64,000 bases of DNA from Lepidodermella squamata (GCA_047495785.1 JBLDXI010000007.1:2666001-2730000); one strand, 5' to 3'. Counted from the first letter of the stretch, positions 51,002 to 63,674 are shown. Translations and numbers: made by a program. Notes: generated by a model not told the origin, from the sequence alone.

Positions 51002-54000
51002 ATGACAACTGTTCGATGTTACTTTCCAGCGCTGATTTTAGCCTATATATGCCACGCGGCTCCTCGAGATGAGGCTCTCGTGGGTTATTGGCCATTCGAT
51101 GATGAAAGCGGTGTCCAGCAAGTTGATGGTTCACCCGATCAGACGATTAGGTTCAATGGGGCCCAGGTTCAAGAAGCATTCGCCGGACCATTCGGAGACC
51201 CGTTTACATCTATCACAAGCAAAAACGACATCGACATATTTTTGCAATCCGAGATCGGCATGTTTGATGATTTCACGATCGCAATGTACTTTTACTTCGG
51301 CTCGACGACGAATGCGCTGCGAGGGCTTTTCGAACAACGTCTAACAAGTAAGATTGCTTCACAAAACAGCGTTTTCTGCCGAATTTGTGCCATCTTCGCT
51401 GCCCCCAATATTCTAACAATTCTCGGTGATGCTGGTAGGACAGCTTTTGGAAACGTTAACGTCAGTCTGGATAAATGGCACCATTTGGCAGTAACATACG
51501 ACTCAAATGTTAAAGTCATCACAGCTTACTTGGATTGGCAGATCGCCTGGCGAAAGACCGATACTTCAATTCAGCATCAAGATCAGGCTAAGATAAATTT
51601 CCTGAATTTAGGGAGCGCCTATCCACAGGGCGATCAAAAGATGGGTAAAGCCGACGCCGTGTCCTGCTTATTGATCTACAACACAACATTGAGATACTTT
51701 GATCTTGTTCGACTGGAACAATTCTGTCGTACTCGCGGATCTCGATTTAATCAAATTCGGATGCCGAATCCTTGGAATTTGATCGGCTTCTGGCCTCTTG
51801 AAACCAAGTTTAACACGACTAACATTGCAGACTTCTCACCGGTCACGTCAACCACCTGCCCTAGGCCTATTTCCTCGGATTACCCTGGCCCATTTACTGA
51901 TGAATCGCTCGTTTTGACTGTTGATGGCTCTCCTCAATGCATCGCTGAAACTTCGCTGCAACTTTACAAAGCGATCTCGGACTTCACTTTGAGCTTTTAC
52001 TATTTCATAAGCGCGGATTCCACCACAAGAACCCTTCTTTGCTTAGAGTCGACATCAAGGCCTGAAACGGAGCTTTGTTTCAAGGCATCGGTTTCTAACA
52101 TTGAACTTACAATTGGAGGAAGCAGCGTTGACGTGCTCAACTCAAAGCCGACACAGTGGGTTTTTGTTGCCGTAACATATCATGACGGGGACTCTGTTAT
52201 CAACTTATTCGTTGAGCCTCTTGGAGAGAAATTTCATCGCTCCTCATCGAAAATGGGCCAACCTTTCAATGGGTTAACTCTGAAGCTGAAAATCGGCAAT
52301 GTCGTGACACGGGGCGACTCTGTGGCATGTGTCATGTTTTACAAAACGGCGCTAAACTTTTTTGAGGTTGCACAGCTGCAACGAACATGCGAATCCAAGG
52401 GCGTGGCTAATTTACCCGAAAATCCCCCTAGACTTGCTAGCTTGGCGGCCTTTATACCTTTGGATGCAAAGAGTGATGGACGCGACCTTGCATTAGGCTT
52501 ATCGCCGATTGAGAAAAGCTCTAAGAACATTGTTTTTATCAATGGCCCGTTTGGCGAGACCGAGACAGCAGTTACACTTCAAAGACAAGACTCCGTGTAT
52601 TCGTATGACATTAATTTCGACAATAAGGTATTCACTCTAGCATTTTACTACAAAACATCAGCTACAAAAGATAGTGGAATTATTAGCTTGGTGACTAGTG
52701 ACACGGAGGAAAATATCTTCAGCATTGGAACCCAGGCAGGAGGCAGACTCGCTTTGTTCATGGATAACGACAAAAAGCCTTGGGCAGTGATGCCTTTCAT
52801 TCCTGCAAATAATTGGACGTTCTACGTGTTCAGATTCGACAAAACTGAAAAATCGTTATTCGTTTTTACAGGCGACCCGCCAAGACTCATGGCCACGCTG
52901 ATTAGCGTGAAAATGTCGACAGCTGATAGAATGCGAGTTTACCTGGGAGGGAACACCGCGGAGAACAGGATGGAAGAAAATGATGCTTTATCATGCTTAT
53001 TAATTTACAACAGCGGTTTAACTGTTTGCGAAATCGCTAATTTGCCGAAATTTTGCCGCGGCCAAGAAAACTATGTCGAAAGCTACCCCTCTCTTGATTA
53101 TTCCTGCTCTGGAGGCCAGGCTTGGCCCAGGCCTGGCAGCATTGTCGGATTCTGGCCACTGGACTCGAGAAGCAAAGGTTCCGAAATGGTTAGTTTACAG
53201 CCTGCTGATTATGTATCTCCAAATGTTACCTACACGGGGCGATATGGACAATTCTCGCAAGCGAATGCAGTCGCTGGCACATCAAGCAGCCAAATAATAT
53301 CCAAGTATTACAACATCGCTTTGTCTCCAAAATCGACTATCCACTTTGCTTACTTTCGCGAGTACCCCACATCGAGTAATCCCGCAAAAGACTCGCCTAT
53401 TCTTAAGCTGATCTTTCCAGGAACTAACGGCATCAATGTTCTGTATTCAAACGCGTCCGATCAAAATAAGTTCGAAATAGCCGTTGTCGCAGGTTTGAAG
53501 AGTGATGGAACAATCAACAAGTTGAGCGTGCCCGCAGCTGGTGTGAGAGTTTGGGGATTTTACGCGATAACCTACGACAGAGCTAAGCGAGAAATCGAAA
53601 TTTTCTACAACAACGGCAGTGAGTCAAAATCTTTTCAAGGAGTCAATATTAAATCCGGTGTCGCTGACAACACGTTAGCTATTGCCCAAGCTTGTTCACT
53701 TAAAACTAGCTGCACGAACGAAACAAACGGAGGCAATTCTTATTCTTGCTTCATGGTTTATAGCAGTATTTTGACGCGTGAAGAGATCAAGCAGCTGCAG
53801 TATGTTTGCGCAACTCGCGGTTACGGAAGTTTCCTCACTCCGCTAGTCGATGAACCACCGTTGAGTTACGCTGATATTCTACCATTACCATCGATAATCA
53901 GCGCTAACGCTTTAGCTAGCTATAACGTATCGGACAATTCAACCTTCGGAAGTTGGAAACAAGTGAATTTTGCCAGGGTGAACTCTGGGCAACTGACTAA

Positions 54001-57000
54001 TCCTAAAAGTGGCCGAATTCTAGCGGCTATGGTATCTAACATCACGTTGAAGAGCCGGAATTGGAGGATTGAATTTCAAATCAAAATTCAGTCTGGCGGC
54101 GCACCATTCCCCGCAGGAATTGGTGTACTTTTATCAAACGAAAGCGAACTTTTGACCAACGTCAATGACTTTGGGAGGGCAACCAAACTCAACTCCGCAA
54201 ATATTCAAAACCTGTTGACAAGTGGCACGTTTCCCGCTTTGGCTATCGTACAAATAGTGCCAACATCTACGGGCCTACGCCGGCAGCATATTGAGCTAGA
54301 ACATGTTACTACTAGCATCGAGAAGAATGAAAAATCGCAGGGTGATCATTGTGGCATTTCTTCGTCTGATCTGATGCGTGGGGTAAAAATTGTCATTCAG
54401 TCATTGAATGACATTTTGAGCGTCGCAACTTACTCAAGGCTCCATCGGCTCCCAGGTGTTTGCGAAGATAACTTTCCCATCAAAAGTTTAAACGACTTCA
54501 TTATGGACCCTTCAAGCTCTGTCAAAATAGTAATTGTTGGCTCGAATAAGATGATTGCTGATGTGCCTACCGGAAATCAGACACTTTGGGTTGAAAATGT
54601 GGGTATATTCTCACTTCAAGAAAAGGATCGGAAGAAAAGAGAGGCGTTGATGCAAAATGAAGGCCCAGATGAGAATCTGCTCCCGATAACTAGCTGGCAG
54701 CCTCAGTTCGCTAATTTACTGTGTGAATATTCTTTCGAGGATTTCGCAGACTTCGGTAAAACCTCAATCAGCTTTCATTCTTTTTAAATTAATCTTATTC
54801 TTGATAGATCTGACATGGAATTCCAATGTCACCCTCAAGGCTGGGGCAGGTGATGGCGAAGTAACACTGTCTGAGGCCACTCTCTTGACTTCTAGACAAT
54901 CACTTCCGGATTCTGTTCCAAATTGGCGAGTCGAAATGGATTTATCAAGGTTTTCAACAGATGTCGAGCAGTTGACGTTAGGCGTCACCAACCAAGCGTC
55001 TATTGCTGTTGAAAGCGATGGGAGAGTCCCCGGCTTGCACGGATTCAGAATGACTATGACTGGCAACGGAATTTTCAGCTACGGCTATACCTATCAAGGT
55101 AATCTCACTAGTGGAACGCTTCTATCTGCGAATTGTAAGTTACAAGCCGCTGACATGGGAAAGGCCTTCAAGCTCGGCGTCAGTAATGTGTACGATCAAA
55201 TAACAGCCACGATTCTTTTGGAGGATAGATCTGCCCCGATTTACTGCGTAACTAACCTTGACGCGACAGGGATGGCTGAAATGATTTCGGCTGGAAATAT
55301 GAGAATGTTCATTAATTTTCGAATCAATCCGACTGCAAAAACCGAAGTGACTATAAGCTCCATCAAAGTCTTTAATATGACCGATTCATCTAGTACCTCG
55401 AACTCCCCATGTAATGTCGTAGTTATCAAGTATTTTATAAGCCATTATTCACGTTCACAGGTTTGCTGAGTTCTACATCAACGTCTACGTCACTGTCAAC
55501 GTCATCAGCTACATCCACCGCTTCGTCCACTACTACGTCTACTACGACTACGGCTTCGGAAACATCAACTGGTTTGCTGAGCACTTTATCGATCTCCACA
55601 CCGTTTTCAACTTCGTCCGTTACATCTACTACTTACACCGCTTCATCCACCTATACGGCTACTACCGAGATACTGACATCGACCGCGAAAACCAATCAGT
55701 TGGGAACTACGTCAGTCGAAGCGACAATCAAGCCCGCTCCCTCGATTCAAGAAGCTAAAGAGGATCAAACAACTGCCAGCCAACACCCAACGGAATCCGG
55801 CATTTCGCTCGCTAAATCATCCTCTGACCTTGTAGCCGAACTTTTAGGCAGCAATGCAACTGCCGAAAGTATTCGTAAGTTTGAAATGTCTCACGATAAA
55901 AAAATACCATTCTTGATTCCTCACCAGGCGAAGCTTTGAGTCAGGGCTTACCATCAGGTCCATCTTTCCCGATACCCTTTCTGGAGAATGTCACAGTAAG
56001 CGGGCTGGTCGCAGCTTGTAAAGATTTCGAGCCCACAATCAGATCGCCCCCGCGTTACATGGACTCGCCAATCAAGGTTACGATTCGTTTCAGCATCGAC
56101 CGTTTCATGGGCATTGACGACCTTTCTCAGACAATTAAAGTTTCAGGCCAATTGTACACATATTGGAGCATTCGAACCTGCCCGGTTCCATTACCCGGCC
56201 GGTCGTTCGGCTCGTCTAGGGCCGAACGATTTCTTATAACAAATTTCAGCGACATTTGGCATCCAAGCATAGGTTTCCGCAACGGAGCTAGTGACGTAAC
56301 TCTAAAAGGAGCTGACTATACTGATAGGCTAGAATTATTCGCTGTCGATTTGCCAGATGACGGGACCAATCAACAACAGGACGTGTATTTCTATTGGAAG
56401 AAACGTGGAATTTTTACGGCTTCGTGTCAACTTGACTTGCTAAAATTCCCGGCCGATACTCAGAATTGCCCGTTCCAGTTCACGCTCCAAGAGCCGAATG
56501 ACTTGATTGCAATCGACTCGCTTCAAATGTACATTGACAAGGAATACCAGGAAAGAGCGATGCGAACCGCTAACTGGCAAATTGTTGGGAATTCCTATTT
56601 CATCGAAAATGTTTCCTTGGACTTGAGTGATTGGAACAGCCAGGCTACCTTCATTCTTCGGTTAAAACGGCGCCCTGAATATTATATTTTCAACCTTCTA
56701 GGCCCTTGCTTTGTGCTAACGCTACTCTCAGCTGCTTCTTTCTTTATTTCCCCGGATCAGTCTGACCGTCCCGTTTTCAATGTTTACATGGTGTTAGCAT
56801 TTGCTGTAACGCGAGGCCAGGTTGGCAATTACGTGCCTGAAACACCCAAGCAAATTCTGCTATCAATTTACATCCAATGCCTTGCTTGCATTTGCGTTCT
56901 CGCGACTCTTTTCTCAATTCTTCTGCTTTGGCTTGCAACGACTCATCCCTCGACAATGAAATATGAAAATGGGAAGCTGTTAACGCCAATGAGAAAGGTC

Positions 57001-57081
57001 AATATCGCTGGCTTTTTCGTTTTTATTCTTGGTTTCGTGGCCTCGACTATTTACGCTCGCGACATCTTCGTATTTCACTGA
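51002..57081 (+). CDS. Giant multi-lectin-domain Cys-loop ion channel, paralogue 4, ~1974 aa; exons 51002-54755, 54808-55410, 55461-55874, 55928-57081
   Basis: Same architecture and intron positions; RKKR; S/T stalk; Cys-loop CQLDLLKFPADTQNC; four TMs. Confidence 0.92.
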
Positions 57082-57680
57082 CTTCAGTATCTAACTGATC
57101 GGAGTTTTTTCGATCGGTCTTTGTTCCTCTTTCTTTCTCATTTTAATTATTTTGGAAAGCAGCTTTTAATTTAAATTTATTGATGTTGCGCATTGTAATG
57201 GATACTTACTATAATTTAATGCTATCTATTGCGCAATCAGTCTTGAATCGAGGATTGTTGCACAACAGCTTGCGCATATTTAAACCTGACCTATAAAAAC
57301 CAAGCCTCGAGCATAATAAAATGTATATTTCTTCATTTGATTTGGTACACAATGGGATTGGGTATCAAATTATCGCAGGCATTTAACGCAGTTTATCGGA
57401 TCTTGGTAGCCGTGATTTTGGCTTGCTGCTAGAGCTGGAAGTTAGGAAATAAAAGGAGTGAGGACCGCAGGTCGTATACCGACAATGGTCCGTATGGAAA
57501 ACATAAATTCTAGACAGTTCTACTCAGTATTGTCTCCAAGACGAAGATCGATATCGATCGATTAATGTCGTCTCTTAGCGACGCCTTGATCAGACAAGTG
57601 CACACTTATGCATACCATTTTTGCTCAGAATTAGACTTGAACGCGATTTAATATTCATTGGTATTGGATTTCTTACGTTA

Positions 57681-59084
57681 ATGACTGCGATATGGCGAGA
57701 ATCAAACGCTTATCCTTACGAATCTGTGCGAGCCATGAAAATCTTACCAGGCGAAACTCCGGCAAACGACGCAGCTGCTGTTCAAGCTGTTCGAAATTCA
57801 GTTGGCTCGTTGCCAGATAATCTTAAAATCAACTTTTATTGCTTCCTACTGTTCGACCCAAATGAGCCAGTGAGAGTTCGAGAAGCTTCAGCACTATGGC
57901 ATCTTACAGACGACATGACCTTGGTCACCCTCAGTTCTTTCGAAAATCTCAAGTTGATCACAAGGATTAGATTAGCAAATGAGAAGAATGCACTGGCATT
58001 TTTTGTACCCCAGCATATTCATCCATTATCGATCGCTATAGCAAGAAGCCACTACAGCATAAATCCTACTCTGAATATTAGAGACGCTATGCCAGAATTG
58101 CGCGTTCGAATCATCTGCGACGTAGCACAAAAATATGCTAAAGAGCCGGTTAAAGATTCAACGACTATCGATGAAAACCCAAGTCATTATGCTAATACGA
58201 ATTTCGCCGCTTTCATGTACAAGATGATTGCGCTAGACCTGGAACGGATGCTTGAAGCAATTCTCTGCAAATTTGGCGTGGGCGATTTCAGAAATTTTCG
58301 AAATTCCGAGATAATTGCGACAAATTTCGCGCACGAGGATTACAAATTTCGCGGCGAGGAATTTGGCATGACGGCGCTGATAATTGCCGCAAAACACGGC
58401 GATATCGACCTTTTGGATCTGGTCTACCGTTACCGGCCTGAGGCTATTATTGTCACTGATCATGAATACCGAACGCCTATATCGCACGCAGCTCAATGGG
58501 GTCATGTAAAATGTGTGAAATTTCTGGCTGAGAAGTTCCCTCAGGGTGTCAAAATGGCGTCGATGGACGGCCGACCTCCGTTATCATTCGCGGCTTACTA
58601 CGGACATCTTGACATCGTCACCTATCTATACGATAAGAGTTTCGAAACAATTGAAAGCGTTGATTCGTCGGGACGAAATCCTCTTTTTCTGGCTGCTTCA
58701 ATTGGCCATTTAGATATCGTTAAGTACCTGCAGTCTATGTGGCCTGAAGGCGAGGCGGTGCAGTCTAATGACGGCTTGTACCCACTTTTCATCGCAGTTA
58801 GAAATGCTCGCTGGGATGTGGCGAGGCATTTAGTCGAAACTTGTCCGGTTCATTTACTGCGAATCACCGATCTTGACGGACAAACTGTCCTCGCGATAGC
58901 AGCTGCGAAAGGCCAGGCTGATTTGGTGAATAAGCTTGCTCAGAAGTTTCCAGATGCAACTCGCATGGCTGATAGGAAAAACTTGATGCCCATTCATTTA
59001 GCTCAGCTTAATCAGCATACCGATGTTTACGAATTGCTTAAACAATACGAACCTGCTGAGGAAGTTTCGAATACTTCTTCTTGA
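57681..59084 (+). CDS. Ankyrin-repeat protein with unrecognised N-terminal region (start uncertain)
   Basis: About seven repeats of the G.TAL/PL..AA..GH.D.V..L type in the C-terminal half; AATAAA at ~59105. Confidence 0.85.
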   Translation: MTAIWRESNAYPYESVRAMKILPGETPANDAAAVQAVRNSVGSLPDNLKINFYCFLLFDPNEPVRVREASALWHLTDDMTLVTLSSFENLKLITRIRLANEKNALAFFVPQHIHPLSIAIARSHYSINPTLNIRDAMPELRVRIICDVAQKYAKEPVKDSTTIDENPSHYANTNFAAFMYKMIALDLERMLEAILCKFGVGDFRNFRNSEIIATNFAHEDYKFRGEEFGMTALIIAAKHGDIDLLDLVYRYRPEAIIVTDHEYRTPISHAAQWGHVKCVKFLAEKFPQGVKMASMDGRPPLSFAAYYGHLDIVTYLYDKSFETIESVDSSGRNPLFLAASIGHLDIVKYLQSMWPEGEAVQSNDGLYPLFIAVRNARWDVARHLVETCPVHLLRITDLDGQTVLAIAAAKGQADLVNKLAQKFPDATRMADRKNLMPIHLAQLNQHTDVYELLKQYEPAEEVSNTSS

Positions 59085-59221
59085 TCTCAACATTTTACAT
59101 GAAAAATAAAGCCCGATGTCAATTTGCAATGTTTTTGTTTAATTTTTAACCATTTCCGAAAACGTACAGGATAAGAATTATAATGATGATTGAAAATGTC
59201 GAAAGTTTAGACATTGATTAA

Positions 59222-59671
59222 TCATCTTGTGAATACTTTTTCTGGTTCATCATACAAATAATAAGCGTTATGTTCCGTGAATTTAGCTGTTGTAGCCGAC
59301 GATGAGGATGACAGCATAGTAGATGTAATTTTCCGTTGACTCCTTGATGAGGTCCTTCTCATTGTTGTTGACGTTTTTGCCGTTGATTCGCTAGATTCAG
59401 CCGAATTTTCGGCAGACTTGTAGTCCTGCAGCTTGCACTCCATCAGCTTTTCCGCACTGAATGTGCAACAGACTTCAACTTTTGGACTGTTAGCAGCTTT
59501 TATGCAGTGGTAAAGAACTGTTGTCGCTGGAATATCGATCTCAGCATGCTTATTTGTAGCAGCTTCGCCCTCGTATAAATCGGTCTCTTTATCAGCGACT
59601 GCCAAAAACAGAAAAGCGGACAAGAGACTGATACTTAATGAAGAATTCCAAAAAAACGTTAGTGCTGCCAT
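59222..59671 (-). CDS. Small secreted 4-Cys protein with Ser/Thr-rich tail, copy 1
   Basis: Hydrophobic signal ending AVA-DK; LYHCIKAANSPKVEVCCTFSAEKLMECKL; paralogous to 60026-60454. Confidence 0.8.
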   Translation of the reverse strand: MAALTFFWNSSLSISLLSAFLFLAVADKETDLYEGEAATNKHAEIDIPATTVLYHCIKAANSPKVEVCCTFSAEKLMECKLQDYKSAENSAESSESTAKTSTTMRRTSSRSQRKITSTMLSSSSSATTAKFTEHNAYYLYDEPEKVFTR

Positions 59672-60025
59672 TTTTTAACCTAAGAAGTAATGCTGTCCTT
59701 GCTAGCTCAAAATAATTGCTCAAGTCGCCGTGTGAGAAGGCTTTTTTGAAAATAGGATTTATTTCTCAGCACTCGAAAAGCCGTTAAAATTCATTGTTAT
59801 ATGTTTATTGTGAGAGCTACATTAATATGCGTCGTGCGACTATGGAAGAAAATAATAAAAAATGCAGGTTTAGTTTTTGAGGTCACCTTGAAAGCACAAG
59901 ATAACTCCAATCTTCTCTTTTTTATCTTTTGACTAAAATCGTTTACCTATAAAACACAACCTTAAATAAGGATGTTTTGATTTTTATTGCTCATCTTCGA
60001 AATAATATGATCGAGGATTAGCCTG

Positions 60026-60454
60026 TCAGCTGTAAATCTCATGCGTAATAGCTTGAGATGTTGTAGTAGACTTCGGTCGAGAAGAAGATGTGATGGTTAG
60101 CAATCTTTCCCCAGATTTCATAGCAGTTGTCCTTCTCGCTGTAGTTGTCTTTTTTGACTCATTCGATTCCGTTGAATTTGAGTTCGACTCAAAGCCCCGC
60201 AGCTTGCACTCGATCAATTTTTCTGCACTAAAAGTGCAACAGGCTTCTGCTTTCGGATGGTTTGTCACTTTGATACAACTGTAAAGTTGTTTCGGCTGAT
60301 CATCGGGGATGTAGAAACTGCCTTGTTTGTTCGTAATAGGATCGATGGCATCATCACCGGGGTCATAATAGGGTTTATCAGCGGCTGCGAACCGGAGCAA
60401 TGCTATTAATAAGGATAGGGCAGCTAATGTGGAAAATCTATAGCTTGGTATCAT
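60026..60454 (-). CDS. Small secreted 4-Cys protein with Ser/Thr-rich tail, copy 2
   Basis: Signal ending AAA-DK; LYSCIKVTNHPKAEACCTFSAEKLIECKL. Confidence 0.8.
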   Translation of the reverse strand: MIPSYRFSTLAALSLLIALLRFAAADKPYYDPGDDAIDPITNKQGSFYIPDDQPKQLYSCIKVTNHPKAEACCTFSAEKLIECKLRGFESNSNSTESNESKKTTTARRTTAMKSGERLLTITSSSRPKSTTTSQAITHEIYS

Positions 60455-61182
60455 ATTCCCTCAGTCTAATTAACTTGGACTAAAGCTGCTACTCAATGCA
60501 GTAGAAACCTTTTCATAACCAGCTTTAATTATTTCGCACTCATAAGCCATAACATGACACATCATTTTCAGCTGTTCAGAGTGCTATCTGTTACCTGAGA
60601 AAAGAATACATAACAAGGGACATTTGTAATCTCATTGTCAATCGCGATACGTTATACCTTTGATAAAATATTGCACTCCCGGAACGAAAGGTTTTTCCGG
60701 AACGAAAATGCTCGGAACTGTTAACTCGCAATTGCTAAATCATCAAGTAATAAAGTATAAGCTGTGAGGCTTCAAGATTCCACGAATCAAACCGAAGACC
60801 GATTTGTATCGTTTTGTTGTTCCGTGAAACTCTTACCCGATGCAAAAGGACGAAATTCGAGAATTATGCTTGAAATACTACCTTTGAGCGCATGTGGCGC
60901 TAAGGGTACATTTTACAAGAGCAGGCAACCACTCGGTACTTCCGCAATCATCAAAGCTAGAAAAACATGCCCACATGGGAGCCATTCGGTTCGTCCCCTT
61001 CCGTGCACGACCCTCGATGTTGTGAACGCAGAGACGACTCTCGAGATTACGCTAAAACGGAAGGAAAAACAAGTACAAGGTACTGGAGCCCGTCCGGCAA
61101 TTAAAAGAGCTTGTTTTTTCGTCATCGAGTGGAAAACATCTCAATACACATTTCCGATCTACAAAACAAAATTGCGTTCAAT

Positions 61183-63674
61183 ATGGACAGTTTCGATTTG
61201 AACTTATCGCGTTCTGTCTCTCCGAACTCATCTATTTTTGACAGTAGCCATTCGTCGATAAGTACAGTTCGTCATTTGAAAATCACAGGTGATAATCGGC
61301 GGGTGTCAGCTGCGTTCAGTGATGAGGACGACTTTGACGACAGCAGCCAACAACTATCACACGCTTCATCACGCCAGAATTCGTTTGATTTGCTTGTTGA
61401 CAACTACGAGAAGAACAATATATCCTCGTTAGCTGAGGAGGATCACTACAATCTCTGCCGCAATGATAAACAGCAACATGTCGATAGTAATCAATCAACC
61501 GTAGCGGAAGACAAAACCGTAAAAGCGCGACGATTTTTGCTATCTCATAACAATATTTTGATTCCCTAAACAGGCTGATATGGTTGAGGCTGAGTTCGAC
61601 GGCGACAGCCACAGGTCGCATCTCTATGAGACGGATTTTGAGGACGACACTGTCACAACTCGAGAATCAACGCCGAAATCGTGTCAAAGCACCAATTGTA
61701 GCATGGAAGCAGAAGAGGAGGATGTCGAGTCAACATCTATCTGCTCAAGTTGCCGGCGTGAAAGTTCAATTCTAATTGCATTTTCCGAGGATCCTACTCC
61801 CCCGAAGATGGAGGAATGCAACCATAGGCGGGCTAGTAAAGTGTACCTCAGGCTTGATGATCAGGAGTGCGAAAATGCCACGATGGAACTACATTCAGCA
61901 TGCCCGGTTTTGACCACAATCGAAGACGTTGCTTCACTCATCGTGTCAGATATCCTGAAGGAAGAGCTGATCTTAAAATCGGAGCCGCCGGAAATTTTGC
62001 TGAAATCCGTTGAATTGCTACAAGCGAAAAGCCCTTACAAACCGAAAATGGGTGATTTCGTGCGGAAGGTAGTCAAATCTAAGGAAGACGGCTCTATCCA
62101 TCGAATCTTATCGGATTTTCGAAACAGACGGAGCGAAGAGCCATCGCCGGCCTACACGGAAACCACAAGACTTACTCTGCTTCAGAAAATTTTGCAATCG
62201 GCAGCGAAGCTCAAGACGTTGCAACAAAACGAGACTTTGAAGAATAAGCGCAAGCTTTACCGGCCGGGCATGGGGGCTTTTATCAAAAACGTTCTCAAGG
62301 CCGATAGAAGTGGATTACTATCGCGAATCAGATCAGGTTTTGCTGATTCGAGTCAGCATTCAATAACAAAGCAGTTCAGTTTCAACCATGATTCATTAAC
62401 CGAGCGAAGCAGTGCACCGCTTGATTCTCGCTTCGGGAAAGTTCAACTCTTGGTTACTGCTGCAGATGAAGATGAAGATGAAGAGTACAAAACTGCATTT
62501 ATGGTGGCAGCCGAACAGGGAAATATTGATATGGTACGGTTTTTCGTCAACAATGGAGCTGATGTTAATGTGAGGAATGAATTCAATGAAACACCTATCA
62601 TTCTTGCTGCTGAGAACGGGCGCACTCATGTCGTCGATTATTTGCATTCAAAAGGTGGGAGATTCATTTTACTGTTATAATTTTTGCTGACTTTTCATTT
62701 TAGGAGCTGATGTTAATGCAAAGGATGATTTTGGTTTCACAGCCATAGCTTGTGCAGCGAAAGGTGGCTACTTCAACATTGTTCGATTTCTAGTGGATAA
62801 CGGAGCTAATGTAAACCCACTGGATCGTGACGGTGTGACACCCTTAATGTGGGCTGTTCAAAACTGTCATGGCGACATCGTTGAATTTCTGATTGAAAAC
62901 GGCGCATCGATCAATGATTCAGACCGCAACAGATGGACAAGTTTGAGCTATGCTGCAGCTTTCTCCAAGCCGCAGATTCTTCGTTACTTACTAGCAAAAG
63001 GAGCGAAAGTTGATGCCAGAAACAAAGATGGATCAACGCCGTTGATAATCACGGCGGGTCGCGCAGTTTGCAGGGATGAAGCTGCGGAAATTACCAAGTT
63101 ATTGCTAGCACGTGGTGCTGATATTGCGGCAATGAACTTGAGTGGACTAAATGCACTGATGAATGCCGCAGCTAACGGAAATACGCCGGTGTATCGCATC
63201 CTGGTGCAGGCAGGGCTTGGTATTGTCAACGTGAACTTAGCGAGTAAAGACGGCGAAACAGCACTGATGAAGGCAGCTAAATTTGGATGCGTCGCAATAG
63301 TGAAAAACTTGATCGCTCACGGAGCGGACGTAAACTTGACTGACAATGAAGGCAGGTCTGCACTTATGGTAGCTGCGGAGTACGGATATAGCGACGTGAT
63401 GTGGCAACTCCTTGCGAGCGGAGCGTTCGTCAACGCTCGCGATTCCGTCAGTGGCTCGACTGCGTTGATATCAGCTTCGAAAAACGGATCGCTGGCGTCA
63501 GCTAAGCTGCTCGTAAATTACGGCGCAGATGTTGAAGAGAAGGATGACCAAGGCTATGACGCTATTACTCTGGCTGGTTTGAACGGTCATTCAAATTTAC
63601 AACGCTTTCTGAACGAAAAAGCTGTCAAGAGCTCAGCTCGATTTAGCCCACCAAATGTCGGCCGAGCGTTTTAA
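61183..63674 (+). CDS. Ankyrin-repeat protein, ~795 aa, with acidic/Ser-rich disordered N-half; exons 61183-61518, 61574-62654, 62704-63674
   Basis: Introns splice in frame; ~12 canonical ankyrin repeats (GADVN..., G.TPL..AA..G) in the C-half. Further upstream exons cannot be excluded. Confidence 0.88.

Noticed and set aside
7513-57081. Naming the channels as nAChR alpha, 5-HT3 or GABA/Gly subunits
   Set aside because: No vicinal loop-C cysteines, no aromatic box and no PAR anion motif; orthology cannot be assigned by eye.
59222-60454. Insulin-like peptide call
   Set aside because: The Cys pattern C-x11-CC-x9-C does not fit the insulin A-chain CC-x3-C-x8-C plus B-chain pattern.
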